Both the position numbers and the translations under genes were made by a program. The notes beneath the pieces were generated by a model. That model made no database searches and had not been told where the DNA came from. It saw only the letters and a list, made by a program, of their open reading frames with translations. 60,915 bases of DNA from Candidatus Darwinimomas equi (GTDB lineage Bacteria > Bacillota > Clostridia > Lachnospirales > Lachnospiraceae): contig JAGHSD010000005.1 in NCBI GenBank assembly GCA_018066045.1, positions 1 through 60,915 on the forward strand. Reading direction: 5' to 3'. Shown in pieces: positions 46,776 to 54,700 of the stretch. Each line of letters begins with the position of its first letter. Position 1 is the first letter of the stretch.

Positions 46776-47495
46776 TTATAAAATCATTCCCGGAATATCC
46801 GCAAGAGATGTGACCGTATGATTGATTCCCGAATCCTCAGGCACTTTTTTTCCTTTAAAGTTATACAGGCAGGTTTTCATGCCGAAAGTCACCCCGCCGG
46901 CCATATCCGACGTGAAGGAATCCCCTATCATCATGACTTCTCCCGGTGTTATCTCTTTCATGCCCGGATCAGCGGAAAGACTTTCATTCAGCCTTTTCAT
47001 GCATTCACGGAAATACTCTTCCGTAGGTTTGGGACTTCCTATGTTTTCGGAAACATATACATCATGGAAATACGGGAGCATTCCCGCTATCCTCAGCCGG
47101 TTCACCTGCTGCTCATACGGGCCGTTGCTTGCAGCGCAGAGAATATATCTTCCGCTCAGATATCTCACCAGTTCCTGTGCACCTTCCATCGGAATGGCGC
47201 TGCTGTTCAGCTCTTTTCTGAAATATGTTTCAAATACCGGTCCCTCAAAATTGATCCCGAGTTCTTTGAACACCTTGTTCCATCTGACCTTTTTCAGTTC
47301 TTCGAAGGTTAGCTCTTCCCGTTCTATTGCTTCCCAGAGTCCGTTGTTGATCCGGAAGAAGACATCTGACATCCAATCCTCATACTTCTTTAACCCGAAA
47401 TGGTCAAATCCTGTCTTCATGGTCTGCTTCACATAACCGTCAAAACTCAGAAGCGTATTATCAATATCTATAAAAACCGCTCTTATCCCGTTCAT
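46776..47495 (-). CDS. HAD-IA family hydrolase (YjjG-like nucleotidase type)
   Basis: AVFIDIDNTLL (DxD), SNGP, MIGDSFTSDMAGG. Confidence 0.75.
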   Translation of the reverse strand: MNGIRAVFIDIDNTLLSFDGYVKQTMKTGFDHFGLKKYEDWMSDVFFRINNGLWEAIEREELTFEELKKVRWNKVFKELGINFEGPVFETYFRKELNSSAIPMEGAQELVRYLSGRYILCAASNGPYEQQVNRLRIAGMLPYFHDVYVSENIGSPKPTEEYFRECMKRLNESLSADPGMKEITPGEVMMIGDSFTSDMAGGVTFGMKTCLYNFKGKKVPEDSGINHTVTSLADIPGMIL

Positions 47496-47498
47496 AAA

Positions 47499-49325
47499 TC
47501 ACTTCACCTTCAGTACGTATCCGCCGTGAGGCTTTATCCTTATGACTGCATTTCCGTTTTCCACAGGAACATCTCCTCCCGTGAATCCGTAATTCCAGCA
47601 ATCAGTATAAACCAGTCCCCGCAGGATCTCTTTATCCGTTATTCCGGCAATTCCGACCGGAATCTCAATGTCCTTTTCGTCATCTCCCGTGTGTATGATG
47701 ATGACATATTTTTCCTTTCCGAGTGTCCTCGCGTATGCTGCGATATTCTTTCCGGCTTTCAGCCATATCATGGATCCTCGCCGCAGCGCGTCGCTCCCGT
47801 TGTGTATTTCGGTCATTCCCTCGCAGAATTCCAGACATTCCTTATCCTCTCGGCCCCACGGATACGGTCTCCTGCTGTCCGGATCGGTAAATCCCCGCAG
47901 TCCCGCCTCGTCTCCGTAATAGATCGTCGGCGCTCCCTGCATGGTCATCTGCAGTATCTGTGCCTGCCTCAGGAAACATATATTCGTTCCGTCCTCCGCT
48001 GCCGAACTTCCCAGTGCGCTGAGTCTTCCTGCAACGCCGTTGGTCCTTGTAAGAAATCTTGAATGGTCATGATTGTCCAGTTCATTCATTGCGGAAAGTA
48101 TGCTCGGCATACACATAAGCGACTTCATCTTCCTGACCGAATTCATGAAACGGAGTCCGTCACCGACGGCATTTTCATCCATATAGTCGCTGTGCTTCTC
48201 CATTCCCGTGAGGAATGCGCTGACCGGCTCCATGAAGCCGTCATAGTTCATCACCGTATCCCACTCGTCTCCCTGAAGCCACTCGGACGCGTCCCCGTAA
48301 TGCTCCGCGATTATCAGCGCATCCGGGTTGACGGATTTCACCTCCCTGCGGAAACGTTTCCAGAATTTATGATTATACTCTCTGCTGTGTCCCAGATCCG
48401 CAGCAACATCCAGCCTCCATCCGTCTATGCGATAAGGCTCTGCCACCCACATCTTCGCAATGTCCATCACTTCGTCTTCCAGCTGTCGGGAATTCTCGTA
48501 ATTCAGCTTCGGAAGCGTAACATTGTTCCACCACGCTTCGTATTCTCCGTTGCGGTTATAATTGAAATACTCCGGATTCTGCATCCACCGGTTCCTTTCC
48601 GAACAGTGGTTGAACACTCCGTCCAGGATAACACGCATACCCCTTGAATGCATCTCTCTGACCAGCTCGGCAAAAACTTCGTTTCCGCCGAAATGCGGAT
48701 CTACATTTCTGTAATCTTCCGTATCATACTTGTGATTCGACGGGGATGTGAAAACAGGATTGAAATAAATGACCTCTACTCCCATTTTCTGGAGATAGTC
48801 CAGTTTTTCTATCACTCCTCTGAGATCTCCGCCATAGAAATTCGCCACATCGAAATCCTCCGGGAGCTCATCCCACGCCTTGTGTTTCACCGGTACCCCG
48901 AGGTAGAAATACTCTTCGTTTTCTTCATCGTTATCCCCGGTCCCGTTACAGAATCTGTCAACAAATATCTGATACATCAAAGCGCCTTTGCTCCAGTGAG
49001 GTGTGTCAAATTCCGTATTAATAATAAATGCATTGTCAAATGCTGCCGGCCCGCTGCATGTGTCGCCTGAGATCCTCACTCCCGCAGTATCGTAAACAGC
49101 CGTCTCGCCGTCTTTTCCCGTAATATGAAATATCAGTTTCCCGTCTGAAGCCGGAGCTTCAAAATAATCAAAAAGTGTATCGGAAAAAGCATGGCTCATT
49201 TCCGTAATTCCGCACTGCGCCATACATTTTACCGATTCAGCATCATCTTTGGATGCCCGGAAAAATATCTTTCCGTCTCTCACATATTCTTCTGTAGGAT
49301 CAAAAAACAAAGCCTGTTTATTCAC
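47499..49325 (-). CDS. GH13 alpha-amylase-family enzyme (neopullulanase/cyclomaltodextrinase type)
   Basis: GH13 regions I-IV: LDGVFNH, GWRLDVAAD, IIAEHY, LDNHDHSR. An N-terminal CMD-type domain is present. It uses a GTG start with an AGGGAG RBS. Confidence 0.9.
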   Translation of the reverse strand: MNKQALFFDPTEEYVRDGKIFFRASKDDAESVKCMAQCGITEMSHAFSDTLFDYFEAPASDGKLIFHITGKDGETAVYDTAGVRISGDTCSGPAAFDNAFIINTEFDTPHWSKGALMYQIFVDRFCNGTGDNDEENEEYFYLGVPVKHKAWDELPEDFDVANFYGGDLRGVIEKLDYLQKMGVEVIYFNPVFTSPSNHKYDTEDYRNVDPHFGGNEVFAELVREMHSRGMRVILDGVFNHCSERNRWMQNPEYFNYNRNGEYEAWWNNVTLPKLNYENSRQLEDEVMDIAKMWVAEPYRIDGWRLDVAADLGHSREYNHKFWKRFRREVKSVNPDALIIAEHYGDASEWLQGDEWDTVMNYDGFMEPVSAFLTGMEKHSDYMDENAVGDGLRFMNSVRKMKSLMCMPSILSAMNELDNHDHSRFLTRTNGVAGRLSALGSSAAEDGTNICFLRQAQILQMTMQGAPTIYYGDEAGLRGFTDPDSRRPYPWGREDKECLEFCEGMTEIHNGSDALRRGSMIWLKAGKNIAAYARTLGKEKYVIIIHTGDDEKDIEIPVGIAGITDKEILRGLVYTDCWNYGFTGGDVPVENGNAVIRIKPHGGYVLKVK

Positions 49326-49340
49326 ACATCACTCCCTGAC

Positions 49341-49368
49341 TTTTAAAGAGGCAGCTTTCGCTGCCTCT
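49341..49368 (-). terminator. hairpin after the L,D-transpeptidase gene
   Basis: AGAGGCAGC-GAAA-GCTGCCTCT followed by TTTAAAA on the minus strand. Confidence 0.5.
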
Positions 49369-49376
49369 ATGTTATA

Positions 49377-50867
49377 TTATTCCGTTGTTGTGATTCCCAT
49401 GCTTGCATCATCTGCAGCCGCCTGTGCTATTGCATCCTGGGCTGCCCGGGCTTCTTCCGCTGTCTGCTGCGTCTGTCCGGCTGCAAGCGCCGCAAGCGCT
49501 TCCGGATCTGTCGGATCGTAGGTCTGATCTCTCGGAATTACCTGCTCAATACAGTCTTTTTCAACCGGTCCCTTGTTGTGAATATCCTCATATACGGTTA
49601 TCGATGTATGCAGCGGTACATTGTGATATATCCAGTTTGCATCGCATGCACGGAGTCTTATACATCCGCCTGATGCCGCATCGTCAATAAAGTTGTAATT
49701 GATTGCATCGAACGTGAACGGACTCGGCTGATGATAATACAGAAGCGAATGCATCAGAAATCCTTTATGGAATCTTGTAAGCTTCTGGCAGTAGATATCT
49801 CCCGCACCGTCCTCTGACGGATGCATGAATTTCCAGTCATATTTTGCATATGTACTGAATGTTCCGATCGGGGTATCCGGTCCGCATGAACTCATGAATG
49901 TCTTATACGGTATGCAGTACTGTCCGCTTTCGGCATCAAACGCCATTACATAAAGAGTTCTGGTGGATTTATTGTATCTGATATGGTAGTTGCCCGTAAG
50001 CCCCATAATCGGCTCATAATCGGTTGCTATGGCTCCGTCATCTCCGCAGAAGTATTTGTATCCGTCAACGTAAATCCATCCGTGTGCCGGATTTCCGTCT
50101 TCAAAATAATACTGCTTGTTGTTGTACCACGCCCATCCTGTGTATGCATGACCGTCTGTTGTGGAGTATTTTACACTTCCGCTCTTGGAATCGTTATACG
50201 GTCCCTCGTAATTGCTTCCTGCCATAGGTGCATATGTGGAACCGGGAGCTGCACTTCCCTTTGCAAGTCTTGTAATTGCAAAAGCTACTATGAACTTGTC
50301 TGTGCCTATGGTTCCGGATGTCTGTCCGTCTGTGGCCCAGTCAAGCACCGTTCCGTCGTTAAGTACTGCTTTGTAATATATATCTCCCAAAACAGATGCA
50401 TATCCCTTCTGTCTGATCTGGATTGCCTGAACTCTTGCGGAATCCGTACTTACAGGAGTTATCTCCTTTGAATTGCACCACGGACTCCAGCCGTCTGTAT
50501 TTGTATATACTCTGTAGTAATATCTTCCTACACCGTCATGATCCATGTAGAATCTGGGAAATCCTTCGGGATTGAACATATACTCATTTCCTGCAGATGA
50601 GATTGCCGGCATTGCGTCGTTTGAATTCAGATAAAATGTATATGCCACCTGATGTCCCATTCCGAGAACAGGATCCTGACTCATATTTGTAGCAGCTCTG
50701 AGTCCCGCAGATTCTGCAACAGCCTGAAGATCTGCAGATGTGTTGTTTTTAAGACTCTTTACGCCGGGACATCCTGCTCCTGTCTCTCCCGGTCCGTACG
50801 CATATGCTGCTGTTGCAAATACCAGGATTGCAAGTGCAGTCAGCGTTAATGTTTTAAGTACTTTCAT
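49377..50867 (-). CDS. secreted L,D-transpeptidase (YkuD) with ChW-like and cell-wall-binding repeats
   Basis: Signal peptide. ChW-like segments (YRVYTNTDGWSPWCNS...VQAIQI). CW repeats (GWAWYNNKQYYFEDG, GWIYVDGYKYF). YkuD catalytic motif HSLLYY...SGGCIRL. A/Q-rich tail. Confidence 0.8.
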   Translation of the reverse strand: MKVLKTLTLTALAILVFATAAYAYGPGETGAGCPGVKSLKNNTSADLQAVAESAGLRAATNMSQDPVLGMGHQVAYTFYLNSNDAMPAISSAGNEYMFNPEGFPRFYMDHDGVGRYYYRVYTNTDGWSPWCNSKEITPVSTDSARVQAIQIRQKGYASVLGDIYYKAVLNDGTVLDWATDGQTSGTIGTDKFIVAFAITRLAKGSAAPGSTYAPMAGSNYEGPYNDSKSGSVKYSTTDGHAYTGWAWYNNKQYYFEDGNPAHGWIYVDGYKYFCGDDGAIATDYEPIMGLTGNYHIRYNKSTRTLYVMAFDAESGQYCIPYKTFMSSCGPDTPIGTFSTYAKYDWKFMHPSEDGAGDIYCQKLTRFHKGFLMHSLLYYHQPSPFTFDAINYNFIDDAASGGCIRLRACDANWIYHNVPLHTSITVYEDIHNKGPVEKDCIEQVIPRDQTYDPTDPEALAALAAGQTQQTAEEARAAQDAIAQAAADDASMGITTTE

Positions 50868-50919
50868 GTTTTTTCCTCATGTTAAGAAGTAAATTTGCAG
50901 AACACTCCGTTTTTCGTAT

Positions 50920-50948
50920 ATTGTAATGTTTCTGCTCCCCGTTGTCAA
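50920..50948 (-). promoter_or_regulatory. sigma-A-type promoter TTGACA-17-TACAAT
   Basis: Minus strand: TTGACAacggggagcagaaacatTACAAT, about 50 nt upstream of the L,D-transpeptidase ATG. Confidence 0.6.
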
Positions 50949-51023
50949 AACATATAGTCTTTCCATTACATTAAGGAAAACTTACGCGGAGTGCTTTTTT
51001 CTGATGAGAATTTCCTGCCGCCA

Positions 51024-51059
51024 GACAAAAGGAGTCAGGAGCCGCAGCTCCTGACTCCT
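51024..51059 (-). terminator. intrinsic terminator after hpt
   Basis: A 13-bp stem AGGAGTCAGGAGC/GCTCCTGACTCCT with a 4-nt loop, followed by TTTTG on the minus strand. Confidence 0.8.
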
Positions 51060-51072
51060 CGTGTCTTCTGTC

Positions 51073-51603
51073 TCAGTCTTCGAATTCAACAACTCCGATA
51101 TACGGAAGATTTCTGTATTTCTGATCATAGTCGAGTCCGTATCCTATCACAAACTTGTTGGGAATTTCAAAGCACCTGTAGTCTACCTTAACTTCTTTCT
51201 CAACTCTGCGTGACGGTTTGTCAAGCATCGTGCATATCCTGATGGATTTCGGCCCGCGCGACATAAGAAGCTTTGACAGGTTGTTGAGCGTTCTTCCCGT
51301 ATCGATAATATCTTCAACAATGATTACATTCTTTCCGGAAATATCATCATCAAGATCTTTCAGAATCTTGATTACTCCGGTAGATTCTGTCCCGCTTCCG
51401 TAACTTGAGACATCCATGAAATCAAACGACACACTTCCGTTAAGCCGCTTTGCCAGTTCACACATGAACATCGCACCGCCCTTGAGAATACAGATCAGAT
51501 GTATTGCCTCTCCGTTGTAATCCCTGTTGATTTCCTCTGCAACTTCCGAAATCCGCCTGTTAACCTCTTCCTCTGTGAGAAGAACTTTTATGTTTTCTGT
51601 CAT
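51073..51603 (-). CDS. hpt: hypoxanthine phosphoribosyltransferase
   Basis: The PRPP motif is VIIVEDIIDTGRT, and the protein ends with YRNLPYIGV. Confidence 0.95.
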   Translation of the reverse strand: MTENIKVLLTEEEVNRRISEVAEEINRDYNGEAIHLICILKGGAMFMCELAKRLNGSVSFDFMDVSSYGSGTESTGVIKILKDLDDDISGKNVIIVEDIIDTGRTLNNLSKLLMSRGPKSIRICTMLDKPSRRVEKEVKVDYRCFEIPNKFVIGYGLDYDQKYRNLPYIGVVEFED

Positions 51604-51609
51604 TCTGCC

Positions 51610-52980
51610 TTACTCCTCTTCCTCGAATCTGATTTCCATAACTATCTGTGTGCTGTTATCTACTTTGTATCTCTCGCTTATCCTGTGTCCCACGAGCCAC
51701 ATTACATGATTGCCCGTGGCGATGACCGGTATCGCATCCCTTTCCTCCTGCGGAATCTTCGCATCCGTCATATATGTGCGAAGTGCCTTGGTTCCGACTC
51801 CCTTGAGCTCTATGGTATCTCCGCTCTGTCTGTACCGCACTTCCATCAGGTCATCAATCTTGTCATAGTCAAACCATTTTGTATACTTTCCGTTCGGTAC
51901 CGGTTCTCCCCTGTACGGGAATGTCCTGAAAACAAATCTGCCGCAGGGTGCCTGCCCCTCATCTTCTTTTGCCGCATTCAGGCTCTCTTTCCTGTAAACA
52001 CGTATGCCCTCATACAGCCTTTCTGCCATAAGCCTGTACGGAAGGTCGATATGCTTTCCGGTCTCCGCATACGCCAGATCCGCGATGTCCTCTATGTGTC
52101 TGGATGTAATATTCTTCATCGTCCTGTTGACCATACCGACAAGGAGTTTGATGATATAGTTCCTCATTATCGGCTCCTGTTTCCGGAATTCATCAACAGC
52201 AATCTCAAATCCCGCTCCCGAAGGCTTTACTATTCCTTTGAGAATCTTCTCTGCAGACCTGGTGAGATACTGATCTGCCTGGCCTATAAGCTTTCCGGCT
52301 CTGGTTATATTCTCGACAGATGCCGCATTTACCTCGCTTATGAAAAGAGGAAGTATGTCGTGACGTATCCTGTTTCTGGTATAGTCGCTTTCATCGTTGG
52401 TTGAATCGTTGATCCAGCTTTCCTCTTCCTTGACAAGATATGCTTCTATCTCCTCCCGGCTGACTTCCAGAAGCGGTCTTATGATACGTCCGCGTACCGG
52501 CGCCATTCCCGACACGCCTTTTAAACCGCTGCCCCGGGCCAGCTGCATAAGTATCGTTTCCGCATTGTCCTGTTTGTTATGTGCAACCGCGATTTTGACC
52601 TGCTTCTGAGTATCTTCCTCCATCTCCCAGCGCTGCGCTTCGGTCTCAAGTGCCTGATAGCGCAGATATCTGGCCGCCTCCTCAGTGGAAAGCTTGTGTT
52701 TTGCCGCAAAATCAAGAACCTTTACTTCGATCACTTTGCACGGAATATTATATCTGGCACAGGTACTGCGTACAAAATTAGCATCACGGTCAGCTTCGGC
52801 TCCCCGAAGTCCGTGATGCACATGTATTACTCTGTATGAAACTTTGAATATCCCGTTAAGACGTATGAGAGCATGCAGAAGCCCCATGGAATCTGCTCCT
52901 CCGCTTACGGCTACGATACATCTGTCGCCTCTGGAAAGCATGTGATTTTCCTGAATGGCATCTCTAACTAAATTCTGCAT
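51610..52980 (-). CDS. tilS: tRNA(Ile)-lysidine synthetase
   Basis: The PP-loop is VAVSGGADS. The 456-aa protein has the C-terminal TilS domain. hpt follows 6 nt downstream. Confidence 0.9.
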   Translation of the reverse strand: MQNLVRDAIQENHMLSRGDRCIVAVSGGADSMGLLHALIRLNGIFKVSYRVIHVHHGLRGAEADRDANFVRSTCARYNIPCKVIEVKVLDFAAKHKLSTEEAARYLRYQALETEAQRWEMEEDTQKQVKIAVAHNKQDNAETILMQLARGSGLKGVSGMAPVRGRIIRPLLEVSREEIEAYLVKEEESWINDSTNDESDYTRNRIRHDILPLFISEVNAASVENITRAGKLIGQADQYLTRSAEKILKGIVKPSGAGFEIAVDEFRKQEPIMRNYIIKLLVGMVNRTMKNITSRHIEDIADLAYAETGKHIDLPYRLMAERLYEGIRVYRKESLNAAKEDEGQAPCGRFVFRTFPYRGEPVPNGKYTKWFDYDKIDDLMEVRYRQSGDTIELKGVGTKALRTYMTDAKIPQEERDAIPVIATGNHVMWLVGHRISERYKVDNSTQIVMEIRFEEEE

Positions 52981-52991
52981 ACCTGTCCTCT

Positions 52992-53303
52992 TTATTCCTC
53001 GCTGGGTTTCAGCAATATCTCATCAGGATTAACAAGGCCAAGCTTCTCTTTGGCGACTTTTTCTACGTATTGCTTGGTCTGAACGTATACTCTGTATTCT
53101 TCGAGCGTCTTTGCCCTTTCCTCCTCCTCGGCAACCCGCGCAAGAATAGCCTGTTCTTTTTCGATATACTGCTGTTCTTTCGCTTTAAGCGATTTCATTC
53201 TCACTCCGAGGACAAGCCCGAAAATGGTCACAACAGCAATGACGGCGATAAGCGCCATCTTGTTTGTGTTGTGTTCCATACGTTTTCTTTTGACATTTTT
53301 CAC
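52992..53303 (-). CDS. septum formation initiator (FtsB/DivIC family)
   Basis: Single TM, then a coiled coil, then YVEKVAKEKLGLVNPDEIL. Confidence 0.75.
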   Translation of the reverse strand: MKNVKRKRMEHNTNKMALIAVIAVVTIFGLVLGVRMKSLKAKEQQYIEKEQAILARVAEEEERAKTLEEYRVYVQTKQYVEKVAKEKLGLVNPDEILLKPSEE

Positions 53304-53350
53304 AATTTTATATTAAGACATATGAATGCTTTTTTCAAGACAAAAACTCA

Positions 53351-54139
53351 TCATCTGCCGGACGAGATCCATTCTGCAATGCGTTTCAGAATGCACGGCG
53401 GTCTGTGCCCTCCTCCGCTGCCGCCTCCGCTCCGGGTCTCCCGTATTTCCGATATGCTTTCCCTGATATCTTCGTTACGGCTTTCATTTTCCTCCGTATC
53501 TTCTTCTCCTGATGCCTGCTCTCCCGCGGGTGTCTCATTTTCGGATGTTTCCTCTTCCCCGTTCATCTTCGCCACATATTCCGATATATCCCGCGTTCCG
53601 CATATATCGGTATAATAATTCGCCGAACCGTCAGACCTTATTCCCGCAAACGCGATTCCTGTTACCTCTTCCGCCGGGTCATATATTTTTATCGCTGCAC
53701 TGAACTGTCCGTCCCTGTATGAGTATTCATATTCCACTCTGCTGCAGACCTGCCTGCGGTTTCCCGCAGCATCCGTATAGAACAGTCCCGCAGAGGTATT
53801 TCCCGATTTAACCGGATCGCTTATATCCCTGAATCTTGCATTTCCGGACCGATCGCTGCACGGCGCAGCATTGGCCGAAGATTCACCGGCTGTCTGCATC
53901 CTGCTCCCGTTTGTCAGAATATACAGATTGGTCCTGCATGGTTCGACCGGGGATTCTTCACTGATTGAATAAATCAGCACATTGTCTTTCACACTTGCAC
54001 TCACGGCGGCAAAGCCGGTGATCATTCTGCACAATATTAAAATCATGCAAAATGCCGACGCTGCGGCCAGTTTTTCTCTTTTCATGCACAAAAAGCCGGG
54101 GGTTCTGTCCGGATAAAGTCTTTTTTCTGTTGTTTTCAA
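53351..54139 (-). CDS. hypothetical membrane-anchored protein with acidic/Gly-rich C-terminus
   Basis: Open frame with one hydrophobic helix (AAASAFCMILILCRMITGFAAV). I recognise no family. Both candidate starts (TTG at 54139, ATG at 54085) lack a clear RBS. Confidence 0.4.
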   Translation of the reverse strand: MKTTEKRLYPDRTPGFLCMKREKLAAASAFCMILILCRMITGFAAVSASVKDNVLIYSISEESPVEPCRTNLYILTNGSRMQTAGESSANAAPCSDRSGNARFRDISDPVKSGNTSAGLFYTDAAGNRRQVCSRVEYEYSYRDGQFSAAIKIYDPAEEVTGIAFAGIRSDGSANYYTDICGTRDISEYVAKMNGEEETSENETPAGEQASGEEDTEENESRNEDIRESISEIRETRSGGGSGGGHRPPCILKRIAEWISSGR

Positions 54140-54216
54140 TGGGTATATGGCGGAAAGCCGTTTACATGTTATTGGATTGTTAACTAAGAGGTACGGACAT
54201 TATACTATAATCCGGT

Positions 54217-54248
54217 AAAAAAAGCAAGAAGCCCCGCCGTTCAGGGGC
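54217..54248 (-). terminator. intrinsic terminator after hup
   Basis: Minus strand: GCCCC-TGAACGGC-GGGGC followed by TTCTTGCTTTTTTT. Confidence 0.65.
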
Positions 54249-54277
54249 GAGGCCTCTCATTTCTATAATGAATTAAC

Positions 54278-54556
54278 TCATCTCTTGTTTACAGCATCCT
54301 TTAATGCCTTGCCCGGTTTGAATTTCGGAGCCTTGCAAGCTTTAATCTTCATCTCTTCGCCTGTCTTAGGATTGCGTCCCTTGCGAGCCGGTCTCTTAGC
54401 TGTCTCGAATGTACCGAAACCAACGAGCTGAACCTTGTCACCCTTTACGAGTGCTTTCTGAATTGAACCGAATGTAGCCTTAAGAGCTGCCTCTGCATCC
54501 TTCTTTGAAAGACCTGTCTGCTTTGCAATAGCTTCAACTAACTGAACCTTATTCAT
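54278..54556 (-). CDS. hup: HU family DNA-binding protein
   Basis: MNKVQLVEAIAKQTGLSKKDAEAALKA...GFGTFE...RKGRNPKTGEEM. Confidence 0.95.
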   Translation of the reverse strand: MNKVQLVEAIAKQTGLSKKDAEAALKATFGSIQKALVKGDKVQLVGFGTFETAKRPARKGRNPKTGEEMKIKACKAPKFKPGKALKDAVNKR

Positions 54557-54628
54557 TTTAATCCTCCTAAAAATTGCGTTTCCTTTATCCGGAAACCATT
54601 AACCACACACAACATGTATGCTGATAAA

Positions 54629-54657
54629 TTTATATACTATTTGACCGGATTTGTCAA
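54629..54657 (-). promoter_or_regulatory. sigma-A-type promoter TTGACA-17-TATAAA for hup
   Basis: Minus strand: TTGACAaatccggtcaaatagtaTATAAA, about 70 nt upstream of the hup ATG. Confidence 0.6.
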
Positions 54658-54700
54658 TAGTTTCAAGGGTTTGCGGAGTTTTTAATTTGTTTTTCCCAGA

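Noticed and set aside
47400-49070. Series of + strand ORFs (220, 194 and 140 aa)
   Set aside because: All are antisense to the HAD and GH13 genes, which have unambiguous catalytic motifs.
51499-52404. 301-aa + strand ORF
   Set aside because: It is antisense to tilS, which has clear PP-loop and family motifs. It has no motifs or RBS and is a typical shadow ORF.
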